Positions 18,013-28,280 of a stretch of DNA of 64,000 nt are shown in pieces. The position numbers were made by a program, and so were the translations under genes. The first letter of the stretch is position 1. Every line of letters begins with the position of its first letter. Location of the stretch: positions 810 through 64,809 of the forward strand of contig JANMKA010000024.1 of assembly GCA_031371765.1 (NCBI GenBank). The letters run 5' to 3'. The notes below the pieces were generated by a model. The model had not been told where the DNA came from. It was given only the letters and a program-made list of their open reading frames with translations, and searched no databases. The stretch comes from Blastocatellia bacterium (GTDB lineage Bacteria; Acidobacteriota; Blastocatellia; Pyrinomonadales; Pyrinomonadaceae).

Positions 18013-19446
18013 ATGAAACGCGTTGCCATCATCGGCGCCGGCATCGCCGGACTTGCGGCCGCGCACCGGCTGCTGGAGCGAGGCGCTGAAACCGGCGCAC
18101 CGCTTGAGCTGCTGATTTTCGAAGCGGGACCGCGACTTGGCGGCATCATCAAGACCGAAGAGCGCGACGGGTTTCTGCTTGAGCAGGGACCGGATTCCTT
18201 CATCACCGAAAAACCGGCAGCCATTGAACTCGCGCGACGGCTTGGCCTCGAGTCTCACGTAATTCAAACGAACGAAACCCACCGCCGCAGTTTCATTGTT
18301 CGTGGCAATCAACTGATTCCCGTCCCTGCCGGCTTTCAGCTAATCGCGCCCACGCAGTTCTGGCCTTTCTTCAATAGCGAAATCATGAGCTGGTCCGGCA
18401 AAGCGCGAATGGCGCTGGACCTTGTCTTGCCGCGCCTAAACGTAAATCGTGTGGGCGAGGAAAGTCTGGCCCAGTTCATAAGAAGGCGGCTGGGCCGCGA
18501 AGCACTTGAACGTGTGGCCCAACCGATGGTTGGCGGCATCTACACCGCCGATCCAGAAAAACTGAGCCTGCAAGCAACCATGCCGCGCTTTATTGAACTC
18601 GAGCGTAAACACCGCAGCCTCATTCGCGCTTTGCGTAAAGAAAAAGGCGCGAGCGAAGCTCAAGCACAGACACACGGCCCTCGTTACAGTTTGTTCGCTT
18701 CATTTGATCGCGGCATGCAAGTGCTGGTCGGTCGGCTGGCGGCGAAACTTGCGACCACGGGAATGGCGCTGCGCACGCGAGTCACTTCGATTGCTTTGGA
18801 TCGAACATCAATGCAATGGCAGGTGCGCGCTGAGCAGGGACCTGCGATTACAGTCGACGCAGTTTGTCTCGCAGTTCCGGCATACGCAGCCGCGTCGTTG
18901 CTGGTCGAAACTGATGTGCTCCTCGCTGCCGGCCTCAAGCAGATACCCTATGAATCAACCGCAACTGTGAACCTTGCCTTTCGCCGCGCCGACATTCCGC
19001 ATCCGCTGAACGGATTTGGTTTCGTGGTTCCCTTTATTGAAAAGCGATCGTTGCTGGCCTGCACCTTTAGCAGCGTAAAGTTTGCCGGACGCGCACCGCA
19101 GGATTCAGTTTTGCTGCGCGCGTTTGTTGGCGGCGCGTTGCAACCAGAACTGGTTGAACTTGAGGACGCGGAAATGCTCGCCCGAGTACGCGGTGATCTC
19201 AAGGATTTACTTGGAATCGTGAGTGCGCCCCTGTTCAGCACGGTTTCCCGCTGGCCGCAATCGATGCCGCAATATGAAATCGGACATATTGCACGCGTTG
19301 ACAAAATCACGGAGCGCCTGGCCGCGTTGCCGGGCCTGGCACTTGCGGGAAACGCTTATTCCGGAGTTGGCATTCCCGATTGCATTCGCGGTGGCGAAAC
19401 GGCGGCCGACGCTGTTTTCGCTGCTCTTCTCAAACGTGAGTACTGA
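18013..19446 (+). CDS. hemY: FAD-dependent protoporphyrinogen/coproporphyrinogen III oxidase (HemY type)
   Basis: VAIIGAGIAGLAAA dinucleotide-binding motif. 477 aa. Position in a hemE-hemH-hemY cluster. Confidence 0.88.
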   Translation: MKRVAIIGAGIAGLAAAHRLLERGAETGAPLELLIFEAGPRLGGIIKTEERDGFLLEQGPDSFITEKPAAIELARRLGLESHVIQTNETHRRSFIVRGNQLIPVPAGFQLIAPTQFWPFFNSEIMSWSGKARMALDLVLPRLNVNRVGEESLAQFIRRRLGREALERVAQPMVGGIYTADPEKLSLQATMPRFIELERKHRSLIRALRKEKGASEAQAQTHGPRYSLFASFDRGMQVLVGRLAAKLATTGMALRTRVTSIALDRTSMQWQVRAEQGPAITVDAVCLAVPAYAAASLLVETDVLLAAGLKQIPYESTATVNLAFRRADIPHPLNGFGFVVPFIEKRSLLACTFSSVKFAGRAPQDSVLLRAFVGGALQPELVELEDAEMLARVRGDLKDLLGIVSAPLFSTVSRWPQSMPQYEIGHIARVDKITERLAALPGLALAGNAYSGVGIPDCIRGGETAADAVFAALLKREY

Positions 19447-19577
19447 TAAGTTTGATGAGTAATGATGCTGTTTGATTGAGGCGACCGAGTGTCATGACCT
19501 CATTGCCACGGTTGACTGCCATTTGATTCTCGGGTAGAAGCATTGCGCAAACTCCAATCAATAGGAGCAATCACCGC

Positions 19578-19973
19578 GTGTCAGACGAATCGTCCCATCC
19601 CTCCAAAGTCGAGACCGAACAGTTGCTGCGTCAGATGACTGACGAATGGGCCAAGGCGCTGGTGCGTGGCGATGGTGACGGGCTCGGCCAGATCATGGCC
19701 GACGATTTTTATTTTGCTTATCCGTTTGAGGGAGACGGCAAAGAGCAATTCATTGACGATGTTACCTCCAAAGAAATCAAGGTCGAACATCTGCTGCGGG
19801 AAAATGTTGGCGTGCGCATCTGGGGTCACACCGCGATTGCGACGTGCAAAGATTCAACGCGCTGGTTTTACCGGGGTCACGATTACAGCGGCCACTTCAA
19901 AGTCATGCACGTCTATTCGCTGCGGAACGATTCCTGGCAACTTGTTTCGGTCCAAGCCTGCCCGATTCCTTAG
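19578..19973 (+). CDS. SnoaL-like / DUF4440 (NTF2-fold) protein
   Basis: 131-aa ORF with GTG start. The pattern EQLLRQMTDEWAKALVRGDGDGLGQIMADDF...WQLVSVQ is typical of small NTF2-like proteins. The function call is from memory only. Confidence 0.55.
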   Translation: MSDESSHPSKVETEQLLRQMTDEWAKALVRGDGDGLGQIMADDFYFAYPFEGDGKEQFIDDVTSKEIKVEHLLRENVGVRIWGHTAIATCKDSTRWFYRGHDYSGHFKVMHVYSLRNDSWQLVSVQACPIP

Positions 19974-19991
19974 GGACTTGTCTGGGCGATG

Positions 19992-20192
19992 AGTCTTGGA
20001 CGCGTCGCGTCCCCGCGAATTTAGCCCGGCGTTTAAACGCCGGGATCAGGTGCTTCGTTGCTCCCGTCGCGTAGCGACGATTGAGTACAGGCTGGTTTCA
20101 AGCGTCGCTACGCGACGCGAACCCTTTACTGGCCGATTCCCGGCCTTGAAAGGCCGGGCTAAATTCGTGCGGACGCTACGCATCCAAAGACT
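19992..20192. repeat. Nested ~200-bp palindromic (MITE-like) element
   Basis: ~55-nt terminal inverted repeats: agtcttggacgcgtcgcgtccccgcgaatttagcccggcgtttaaacgccggg versus the reverse complement of cccggccttgaaaggccgggctaaattcgtgcggacgctacgcatccaaagact. Each carries its own cccggc/gccggg hairpin. Inner inverted pair is cgtcgcgtagcgacg / cgtcgctacgcgacg. Confidence 0.75.
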
Positions 20193-20245
20193 AATACTGA
20201 TCCTATTCAGTCTACTTAATCAGAGGTTCCTAAAGTCTGTTCCAC

Positions 20246-21643
20246 TTAAATATGTATGACAAATGACGCGCGCCAAATTTGGGCGGGAATTGAACCAGGC
20301 GCCGCAGCGGTCAGAATAATTGCGTAGTCTTCGTCCAGAACATTCTGCTTCTGATCCATGTGGGTCACCGAACTCAACAACTCGGCTTCGCCGTTCTCTC
20401 GTCGCGCTTGCACGACCGCAAGTCTGCGCAGACATGCGTAAAGATGGTTGACGCCGGTGCCGTAAGGCCCGAGATCAGCACCCAACATCAATCTCACTTC
20501 CGCGCGTTCGTCAATAAAATGCTTGAGCAGCGAAGCAGCCTGAACTACTCCACGCTCAAACCTGGTATTGAAATATTGAGCGTCGGCGCCGGCCGGCTCG
20601 GAGGTGTCGAGGATGATGGTCGTGCGTCGCTCGTCCTCTGCCGTGAATTCACGCACGGTTAGTTGTCGCGAACGCGCGGTTGCCTTCCAATCAATGTGGC
20701 GCAAATCATCCTGCGGCTGATAGTCGCGCAGCGAAAACAGGTCCTGGCCGATGCCGCGCCGGGATGAAACCATGCGGCCGGCGAAGGTCGGGAGAAGATG
20801 AAGTTCATCGCCAATCGGCTCCGGCTTGGGATACACGACGATGTCAACGTCACGCGCTCGCAAGCGGCGACGAAAACGAAAGAAACCGAACGGAAAAAGC
20901 GTTGCTAGTTCAAATCCGTTGATGAGCACATGACCGCGTTGCGGAAAAACCTGCTCGACTCGTTGCTCGGCGGCGGCGTGGTGCGGCACGTAAGTGAAAT
21001 ACGCCAGCGGCCGTTTGGAAAAACGCGGCGAACGCCGCTTGCGCTTTTGCTGTGCGAACTCGGCTGGACCACGAGCAGCGACCATAATCGAAAAGGATGG
21101 CAACAGCCGCTTGGCGTTTTTTAGCGTAACGATCACCGGCGCCGGATCGTTCGCAAAAATGTGATCCGGAAAACGCGCTGACACGATTAGGTCGCGTAAC
21201 GAACCCCGGGCCGCCGCGCCACCCACAAAGAGAGTAGATACGAGCAACGAGAAAACCAGGAACAGCAGATTGTTTCCGGTATTCCAGGCGGCAAAGCCGA
21301 CGACGCCGAGAATCAAAAGAAAAATTGCACCGCCACTTGTAATTTCAACGGGCAGATCCAGCCGCGTGATCTCGAGCCGCGCCGACTTTGCCAGCCGTGG
21401 CACGATGAAAATCAACATCAGCAGCGCAATGATTAGGGACAAAATCGCTGCTGCGCCGGCCAGCGTGTAGTTTTCAGTTTGGCGAGCGAGGATGGTTACG
21501 AGCGCAGTCGCCAGTCCGGCGATGACCAGCAACGTGCCCAGAATGGCGTTGCGCCACTTTCTTAAGAGTGACCGAGCGATGGGGGAACGGGGAGACGGGG
21601 AGTCCAATGCTGTTGTCTCCGCGTCTCCGTATCTCCCCGTCAC
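20246..21643 (-). CDS. DUF58 domain protein with N-terminal multi-TM anchor
   Basis: SLRDYQPQDDLRHIDWKATARSRQLTVREF is the DUF58 hallmark. ~150-aa N-terminal region with about 4 hydrophobic helices. GTG start at 21643 preceded by AAGGAG, 10 nt after the MoxR stop. Confidence 0.85.
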   Translation of the reverse strand: MTGRYGDAETTALDSPSPRSPIARSLLRKWRNAILGTLLVIAGLATALVTILARQTENYTLAGAAAILSLIIALLMLIFIVPRLAKSARLEITRLDLPVEITSGGAIFLLILGVVGFAAWNTGNNLLFLVFSLLVSTLFVGGAAARGSLRDLIVSARFPDHIFANDPAPVIVTLKNAKRLLPSFSIMVAARGPAEFAQQKRKRRSPRFSKRPLAYFTYVPHHAAAEQRVEQVFPQRGHVLINGFELATLFPFGFFRFRRRLRARDVDIVVYPKPEPIGDELHLLPTFAGRMVSSRRGIGQDLFSLRDYQPQDDLRHIDWKATARSRQLTVREFTAEDERRTTIILDTSEPAGADAQYFNTRFERGVVQAASLLKHFIDERAEVRLMLGADLGPYGTGVNHLYACLRRLAVVQARRENGEAELLSSVTHMDQKQNVLDEDYAIILTAAAPGSIPAQIWRASFVIHI

Positions 21644-21645
21644 CC
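21581..21645. repeat. GGGGAGA/TCTCCCC short-period repeat hairpin spanning the DUF58 start codon
   Basis: gggggaacggggagacggggag ... tgtctccgcgtctccgtatctccccgtcaccc. On the mRNA, ACGGGGAGA directly after the GTG can pair with UCUCCCCGU about 40 nt downstream. Confidence 0.65.
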
Positions 21646-21653
21646 AGTCTCCT

Positions 21654-22640
21654 TTAGAGTGGCACGCTGACTGTCTTCATTATCTCGCGCAGGACCGCTT
21701 CCGCTTCTTCGCTGCGACGCAACGATGAAGAGAAACGCGTGCTGACGAGTATGCGGTGAGCGAAGGTGGGGATCACCAGTCGTTTAATGTCATCGGGAAT
21801 GCAGTAAGAACGCTCTTCGGAAAGAGCCAGTGCCTGCGCCGCACGAAATAGCGCCAGCGTAGCGCGCGGGCTGACGCCAAGGTCGAGCATTTCAGACTCG
21901 CGCGTCGCCGCGACAATCCGCATCAGGTATTCAACCAATGCGTCGTCAACCGCGACTTCGGTCACGCTGCGTTGCAACTCAACTATCTCAGCGGCGGTCA
22001 TTACCGGTTGTAACTCTTCCAGCGGATCGCGGTATTCGCGATCGCGCAGAATCTGTTTTTCATCTTCAGTCGACGGATAGCCAATGCGCAGACGCAGCAT
22101 GAAACGATCGAGTTGGGATTCCGGCAGCGGATAAGTACCGTGATGCTCAATTGGATTCTGCGTTGCCAGGACAATAAAGGGCGCGGGTAACGGATGCGTT
22201 ACGCCTTCGGCAGTCACATGCCGTTCGGCCATCGCTTCGAGCAGCGCGGACTGTGTTTTTGGCGTGGTGCGATTGATTTCATCCGCCAGCACGACGTTGG
22301 CGAAAATTGGCCCAGGCTTCCATTCGAAGACCGACGTGTGCTGGTTGAAAACGGAAAGCCCAATAACATCCGAAGGCAACAGGTCAGAAGTAAACTGAAT
22401 TCGCTGAAAGTTGCAGCGCAGAGCGCGCGCCATGGCATGGGCCAGCGTAGTTTTTCCCACTCCGGGGACGTCTTCGATAAGCAGGTGTCCGCCGGCAATC
22501 AGGCCGACGATGCCGAGCCGCACCGCTTCGGCCTTGCCCTTGATGACAGTCTCGATCGCCGCTTGCAGACGATTGATCTTTTCAACGGCTTCGAGGGTTG
22601 TCGCTGCTTCCTGGCCGCTTACTGGTTCGAGGCGTCTCAT
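21654..22640 (-). CDS. MoxR-like AAA+ ATPase
   Basis: Walker A EDVPGVGKTT, Walker B VVLADEINR. 328 aa. Followed by a DUF58 gene, as in canonical MoxR operons. Confidence 0.92.
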   Translation of the reverse strand: MRRLEPVSGQEAATTLEAVEKINRLQAAIETVIKGKAEAVRLGIVGLIAGGHLLIEDVPGVGKTTLAHAMARALRCNFQRIQFTSDLLPSDVIGLSVFNQHTSVFEWKPGPIFANVVLADEINRTTPKTQSALLEAMAERHVTAEGVTHPLPAPFIVLATQNPIEHHGTYPLPESQLDRFMLRLRIGYPSTEDEKQILRDREYRDPLEELQPVMTAAEIVELQRSVTEVAVDDALVEYLMRIVAATRESEMLDLGVSPRATLALFRAAQALALSEERSYCIPDDIKRLVIPTFAHRILVSTRFSSSLRRSEEAEAVLREIMKTVSVPL

Positions 22641-22700
22641 TTTATCTCCACCAAAATGCCGTCATTCTACATGCTGGACACCAGCATCGCACCCTGAAAA

Positions 22701-22786
22701 GTGGCATGGACTTTTAGTCTCTGCATTGGCTGGAACTAACTTTAGTCTGTGATGGCCGCGCTACTACAGACTGAAGTCTATGCCAC
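22701..22786. repeat. REP-like cluster (22-nt family), three units
   Basis: gtggcatggacttttagtctctg (22701-22723), the degenerate ggaactaactttagtctgtg (22732-22751), and tacagactgaagtctatgccac (22765-22786). Confidence 0.75.
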
Positions 22787-22937
22787 TCAAGCCCGGACTA
22801 AAGCCCAGGCACTTACATGACGTTACCCGCCTCATGTAGTAAACTTGACCTAACTCGGCTGGAATCTGCTGCGTGGAATCCACGAATTTCAGGGAACTCA
22901 ACTGTGGTTCCGGCGTTAAATCGAGCAAGGAGAATTT

Positions 22938-23423
22938 ATGAAGCGCAATCATTCCCATCGCAATAACCAGAGCGGCTTTTCGCTAATCGAACTAATGATC
23001 GTTATTGCCATCATCGGCATTCTGATTGCCGTCGGTGTAACCGGCTGGAAAGCGGCCGTCAGGTCGGCGAACGAGGCAGCGGCCATCAAGGAACTTAAAA
23101 CCATTGCTGAACAGCAGATGCTCTATTACAACGCCCATCAACGGACGGCCTTTGGTACCTTTGATGAGATGTTGAAGGAAGGCTTGCTTGATTCGCGTTT
23201 TGCGGGAACGACGCCCGTCGTGGATGGTTACGTTTACGTCATGCGCGTCTCGCAAAAATCAACCACCACCCAACCCGGTTTTGCGATTAACGCCGATCCG
23301 CAAGTGACCGAAGGCGTCGGCGCCACCGGCAAAAACCACTTCTTCCTCGACTCAAACAGCAACACCATTCACGTGAATTCGACGCAACCGGCGGCGATAG
23401 CTGATCCACCCATCGGTGGATAG
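22938..23423 (+). CDS. Type IV pilin-like / pseudopilin protein (prepilin N-terminal cleavage-methylation domain)
   Basis: Leader MKRNHSHRNNQSG then FSLIELMIVIAIIGILIA. GGAG-type RBS upstream. No other pilus genes nearby. Confidence 0.85.
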   Translation: MKRNHSHRNNQSGFSLIELMIVIAIIGILIAVGVTGWKAAVRSANEAAAIKELKTIAEQQMLYYNAHQRTAFGTFDEMLKEGLLDSRFAGTTPVVDGYVYVMRVSQKSTTTQPGFAINADPQVTEGVGATGKNHFFLDSNSNTIHVNSTQPAAIADPPIGG

Positions 23424-23432
23424 ACCACGCCA

Positions 23433-24617
23433 GTGAGCAGGCGCGCACGTCTCACAGACTTTCTCAGTCTCGAACGGAATGTCTCGATTGCCTCGGCCGC
23501 AGTTTTTCTGCTCGGCCTGGGCGAAGAACTGTGGAAGAAATTCCTTCCGAAGTACCTGGAGTCGCTGGGCGCCACCACCTTAATCATCGGCTTGTTTGGG
23601 ACCGCCGAAGACTTCTTTGATGCAATCTATCAATATCCTGGCGGCTGGCTAGCCGATCGCCTGGGACGCCGCCGCGCTTTTCTCATCTTCGTTGCAATTG
23701 CTTCAGCAGGTTACCTCGTCTATCTCTTTAGTCCCTCCTGGCCCTTCCTCTTTCTCGGTCTCGCCCTGGTTATGGCGTGGCAAAGCATGGCGTCGCCGGC
23801 AATCTTTGCGGTCATCGGCGATGCGCTGCCGCGTGAGCGCCGCGCCATGGGCTTCACGCTGCAATCGATTCTTAAACGAGTACCAATTGTGATTGCACCG
23901 CTAGCCGGCGGCGCACTAATCGCTTCGCTCGGCGTTGCTAAAGGCATTCACACTGGTCTGATAATCACACTGGTGCTCGCAGCGCTGACGGTCTTGCTCC
24001 TCCTGAAGGTGAACATCACCATCCAGGCTTCGCGAACTACTGGAATCGTCGGCGTGTGGCGATCGTTTCATAGCGCACTCAAGCGCCTCCTGGTTTCCGA
24101 TGTGATTATCAGAACGTGCGAAGGCATGACCGGAGTGATCACGATTCTTTACGTAACCAATGTGCAGCACTTCAGCATCGCGCGTTATGGGACGCTGATC
24201 GCGATTCAAATGATCACATCGATTATTGTCTATATTCCGGCGGGCAAGATCGCGGATCGAGTCGGACGCAAACCATTTGTGATCGTAACCTTCCTGAGTT
24301 TCGCACTGTTTCCTTTAGCGGTGGTTGCGGCGTCGAGCTTTACGATTCTGGTCCTCGCGTTTATCGTCGGCGGGCTCCGCGAGATTGGCGAACCCGCACG
24401 CAAAGCAATGATCGTTGATTTTGCGCAAGAGAATGTGCGCGCGCGTTCGGTAGGACTCTATTATCTGGTGCGTAGTCTCTCGATTACTCCGGCGGCGGCG
24501 GTTGGTGGTTTGCTCTGGAGAATCGCACCGGAAGTGCCGTTCGTGCTGGCCGGAATTATCGGACTTATCGGCACGCTGGTCTTTGCAGTAACCGTGGAAG
24601 AAGAGTATGCGGGTTAG
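23433..24617 (+). CDS. MFS transporter
   Basis: 394 aa, ~12 hydrophobic helices, GGWLADRLGRRR motif between TM2 and TM3. Confidence 0.85.
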   Translation: MSRRARLTDFLSLERNVSIASAAVFLLGLGEELWKKFLPKYLESLGATTLIIGLFGTAEDFFDAIYQYPGGWLADRLGRRRAFLIFVAIASAGYLVYLFSPSWPFLFLGLALVMAWQSMASPAIFAVIGDALPRERRAMGFTLQSILKRVPIVIAPLAGGALIASLGVAKGIHTGLIITLVLAALTVLLLLKVNITIQASRTTGIVGVWRSFHSALKRLLVSDVIIRTCEGMTGVITILYVTNVQHFSIARYGTLIAIQMITSIIVYIPAGKIADRVGRKPFVIVTFLSFALFPLAVVAASSFTILVLAFIVGGLREIGEPARKAMIVDFAQENVRARSVGLYYLVRSLSITPAAAVGGLLWRIAPEVPFVLAGIIGLIGTLVFAVTVEEEYAG

Positions 24618-24872
24618 TTCTGAAGGACTTGCTCAGTGAAATCGGAACGCCGTCTCATACGCGTATTAAAGTCCGAAGGCCACGCTCAAAATGCCGGCGA
24701 CAGTCTGCAAAGTGTCGACTTCGGTAGCGTGTTTATGACCAAACACGAGCCCCAGGCCCAGCAAGGCAAACACGCCAACCGATGTGAATGATCGATCCAT
24801 TTCTGATCGCGATTTTTCTGACCGAGCCAGATTGCCGCAGATGCTACTGCGGCGGAGGGAATGATCAAACGT

Positions 24873-26153
24873 TCAAACACTCGCTTGTTCTGCTTTCCTT
24901 TGCGACTGCAAAGCGCGGCTCCCGCGCCATAGCAATAAGGCGCTTAGTACGCAGGCCGCCGGACATACCAGGAGTGAATAGCGCATCACGCCCGGCGTAA
25001 CAGCAACGCCCAGTTTGTCGCTGAGTTTGCCAATCAACGGTGAGCCAATGCCGTAAGCAAAAATGTTTACCGTTGAAAAATAGATGCCGATGCCGAGGCC
25101 TCTTAAATTCGGACCGGCGATATCGTGCACGTCCGCGGCCGCCGGCCCCAACCACATCAAGGCCAACCCAAACAAAACTGAATTCAAAAGCAATAAGGCG
25201 ATCAGGTTGTTGTTGAATAACAACACCAGCCACAGTGGCACCGAAGCAAGGGCCAGGCCCGCGCTGAACATCATGCGACCGCCGCTGCCAAACTTGCGGA
25301 AACGATCGGACATGTAACCACCAAGGATCGTGACCGGCACGCCGACGACGATCGAGAGAGTGCCCGCCACCATCCCAATCGTACTCAAGCTCATGCCATG
25401 AACGCGCACAAAGAACGACGGCACCCAAATGCCGAGGTTGTTCGAGGCGATGCCGAACAATCCATAACCGAGATAAAGATAACGCAGCGGCACTGAGCGA
25501 AACAGAATCTTCCAATCCTTGCTGCTAAAGTGAACGGCGGCAGTTTCGGTGCGGCCGCGCTGCTGTTCGCGCAGGAAGAAAACTACGACAGCCAGCGCCA
25601 GACCGGGGAAACCGAGAAAGTAAAATGCATAGCGCCAACCAAAAGTCTGTCCTATCCAGCCCCCAAGAAAAAATGCCAGGCCACTGCCGATAGCAATCCC
25701 GGAAGAGTAGACACCCTGCACGGTCGCGCGCATGCGTGGCGGAAAATAATCGCTTAACAAAGAGAGTGCTGCTGGTCCAAGTGTCGCCTCGCCTACTCCA
25801 ACCATCAAACGACAAAAGAACATGGCCCAAAATCCCTTGGCGAACCCGGTCAAACCAGAAAAGAGACTCCAAACCGCGAGACCACCCGCGATCATGTTTT
25901 TCCGCACGGCGCGATCAGCGAGCCGGCCAAACGGAATTCCCAGCAGCGTATAAAAGATGACGAACGAAGTACTGCCCAGCAGCGCCAGTTGCAGATCGGT
26001 GAACGCCATCTCCTTCTTGATCGGCGTGAAGAGAATGTAAATCAGCGTGCGATCGAGAAAGTTGAGTACGTAGACTAAGGTGAGCACGATCAGCGCGTAC
26101 CACGAGTAGGCGGAAACACCCTCGACGGGTACTGCGTTGTTGTTATTTGCCAT
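24873..26153 (-). CDS. MFS transporter (spinster-like)
   Basis: 426 aa, 12 predicted helices, GIPFGRLADRAVRKN loop motif. Last gene of the long minus-strand string. Confidence 0.85.
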   Translation of the reverse strand: MANNNNAVPVEGVSAYSWYALIVLTLVYVLNFLDRTLIYILFTPIKKEMAFTDLQLALLGSTSFVIFYTLLGIPFGRLADRAVRKNMIAGGLAVWSLFSGLTGFAKGFWAMFFCRLMVGVGEATLGPAALSLLSDYFPPRMRATVQGVYSSGIAIGSGLAFFLGGWIGQTFGWRYAFYFLGFPGLALAVVVFFLREQQRGRTETAAVHFSSKDWKILFRSVPLRYLYLGYGLFGIASNNLGIWVPSFFVRVHGMSLSTIGMVAGTLSIVVGVPVTILGGYMSDRFRKFGSGGRMMFSAGLALASVPLWLVLLFNNNLIALLLLNSVLFGLALMWLGPAAADVHDIAGPNLRGLGIGIYFSTVNIFAYGIGSPLIGKLSDKLGVAVTPGVMRYSLLVCPAACVLSALLLWRGSRALQSQRKAEQASV

Positions 26154-26179
26154 GATTTTTAGCAGGTAGGAGCGACAGT

Positions 26180-26581
26180 TCAGGCCTTCTCCAGCAACAC
26201 AACTGCTTCGCCTTTAATTAATTTCTCGCCGCGTTGATTTTCGCAAAAGGTTTCCAGCGTAACGATCGGCTTCCCTTCTTTGATCTTCGTGACCGTGACG
26301 ATTGCTGTCACTGTGTCGCCGGGGAAAACTGGCGCCAGAAACTGAAGCGTCTGACTTAAATAGATTGCACCTTGTCCCGGGAGCTTTGTTCCCAGCACGG
26401 TTGAGATCAGCGAGGCGCCCAACATTCCGTGGGCGATGCGCCGGCCAAACCTTGTCGTGCGCGCAAACTCGTCATCGAGATGAACGGGATTGAAATCGCC
26501 GCTCAGTTCGGCAAAGGCACGAATGTCTTGATCGGTAATCGTCTTACTAACGGCGGCAGTGTCCCCGACTTTTAGGTGCAT
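26180..26581 (-). CDS. MaoC-like (R)-specific enoyl-CoA hydratase (hot-dog fold)
   Basis: LSGDFNPVHLDDEFA hydratase motif. Start placed at MHLKVGD, because the 69 codons upstream in the track ORF merely translate the heptad-repeat element. Confidence 0.85.
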   Translation of the reverse strand: MHLKVGDTAAVSKTITDQDIRAFAELSGDFNPVHLDDEFARTTRFGRRIAHGMLGASLISTVLGTKLPGQGAIYLSQTLQFLAPVFPGDTVTAIVTVTKIKEGKPIVTLETFCENQRGEKLIKGEAVVLLEKA

Positions 26582-26596
26582 GTCTGTTAAGGGGGC

Positions 26597-26740
26597 TTTG
26601 GTCTTTGGGCTTTGGTCTTTGGGCTTTGTTCTTTGGGCTTTGTTCTTTGGTCCTTGGTCTTTGCACAACCTATAACAGCTACTGGATGCCGCGGAGCCGC
26701 AATTCAAAGAACCAAGACCAAAGACCTGAGACCAAAGACC
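26597..26740. repeat. Heptanucleotide-repeat hairpin element: 10 x TTTGNNC, loop, 5 x NAAGACC
   Basis: Left arm: tttggtc tttgggc tttggtc tttgggc tttgttc tttgggc tttgttc tttggtc cttggtc tttgcac (26597-26666). Right arm: aaagaac caagacc aaagacc tgagacc aaagacc (26706-26740). It fills the ligase-stop to MaoC-start spacer. Confidence 0.85.
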
Positions 26741-26741
26741 T

Positions 26742-28280
26742 TCAGATACGCGTGTCCCGGCTGGCCCAGTAGGGATCGCGCATGACACGCTTAAGAGTCT
26801 TGCCGGCAGTGCTGCGCGGAAAATCTTCCATGATCACGACGCTATGAACGCGCTGCAGCTTGCTGTCGACTCGCTCGTTAATCCAATCGCGCAACTCATC
26901 CTCGGTGACTGCGCTGCTCTCACGCAGAATCACAGTGGCCAGCGGTGTCTCTCCCCATTTCTCGCTGGGAATTCCGAACACTGCGACCTCCCGCACTGCC
27001 GGATGCTGCACGATGATTTCTTCGATGTCCCTGGGAAACACGTTGCAACCGCCGCTGATGATCAGGTCCTTCATGCGATCGACGAGAAAGAGAAACCCGT
27101 CTTCGTCGATGTAACCCAAATCGCCGGTGTGCAGCCAACCGTCGATGATCGTCTGCTCGGTCAAATCCGGGCGCTTGTAATAGCCGGGCATCAGCGCCGG
27201 ACCGCGGCCCACAATCTCGCCCACTTCACCGACTCCGGCGTCTTTGCCTTCATCGTTAACAATCCTCATTTCAAAAAAAGGCGGCGGCGCGCCGACCGAG
27301 TTCGGTTTGGCCGCGTAATCGTTCTTATCGAGAATGGTCATAAATCCTTCGGTCAAACCGTAGAGCTCATAAAAACGCCCGGGCAGTATTTTGTTCAACT
27401 TCTCTTTGTGGCTGAGGTGCAGCGGCGCCCCGACCGCGCCCACCATCTCGAGCGACGACAAGGCTGCGGCCGAAAAATTTGGCGCATTGATCATCGCGAC
27501 GATTTGCGAAGGCACCATCTTCACATGCGTGACGCGTTCGCGTTGAATGGTTTCGATGAATTCTTGCGGGTGAAAACTTTCCTGAAGAATATAGGTGGCC
27601 CCGACGTACATCCACGGCATCAACGTGAGAAACGAGCCGTTAAAAACGATCGAGCCTGCGTGCAGGATGATGCTTTCCGGATGAATCCGATAAGCCGAGG
27701 CGAACAGCGTGCAGTACATCGCGCGAATGTAATGCGTGTGCACAATTCCCTTGGGCTGTCCGGTGGTGCCGCTGCTGTAGATGATGTTAAAAAGGTCATC
27801 GTCGTTAATTTCGATTCCCTGCGGGTCTTCGTCGCTCGCGGCTGCGGTAAGTTCATCGTAACTGCGATAACCGCTGACGACGCCGGTGCCGGTCATGACG
27901 TAACGATCGTGGGCAATTTCCGGCAGCTCGCTTTTGATTGCATTAACTTCAGCAACAAAAGCCTGATTGGTGACCAGGGTGGTGACGTCTGAATCCTTGA
28001 GCAGATTCACCAGACCTTTGCCGCGCGTTAAGGTGCTCAGCGGCACAACTACGGCGCCGATTTTCGCCACGGCCCAATAAACATCAAGCAGCTCGAGGCA
28101 ATTCGGCAGCACTGTCGCAATCTTGTCACCCTTGCTAATGCCCAAATCAAGCAAAGCATTTGCCAGTCGATTAACACGCCGGTTGAATTGACTGAAGGTC
28201 AGGCGCTGTTCGTTGAAAACAACTGCAGTGTGATCCGGCCGGTAGCGAGCGTGCCTCGGCAGCAACGAGCCAATGTTCAT
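26742..28280 (-). CDS. AMP-dependent acyl-CoA synthetase/ligase
   Basis: IIYSSGTTGQPKG AMP-binding motif, LHTGDLGYIDEDGF, and the terminal GKTLKR lysine. Start at MNIGSLLPRH gives an ATGA overlap with the upstream esterase stop. Confidence 0.9.
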   Translation of the reverse strand: MNIGSLLPRHARYRPDHTAVVFNEQRLTFSQFNRRVNRLANALLDLGISKGDKIATVLPNCLELLDVYWAVAKIGAVVVPLSTLTRGKGLVNLLKDSDVTTLVTNQAFVAEVNAIKSELPEIAHDRYVMTGTGVVSGYRSYDELTAAASDEDPQGIEINDDDLFNIIYSSGTTGQPKGIVHTHYIRAMYCTLFASAYRIHPESIILHAGSIVFNGSFLTLMPWMYVGATYILQESFHPQEFIETIQRERVTHVKMVPSQIVAMINAPNFSAAALSSLEMVGAVGAPLHLSHKEKLNKILPGRFYELYGLTEGFMTILDKNDYAAKPNSVGAPPPFFEMRIVNDEGKDAGVGEVGEIVGRGPALMPGYYKRPDLTEQTIIDGWLHTGDLGYIDEDGFLFLVDRMKDLIISGGCNVFPRDIEEIIVQHPAVREVAVFGIPSEKWGETPLATVILRESSAVTEDELRDWINERVDSKLQRVHSVVIMEDFPRSTAGKTLKRVMRDPYWASRDTRI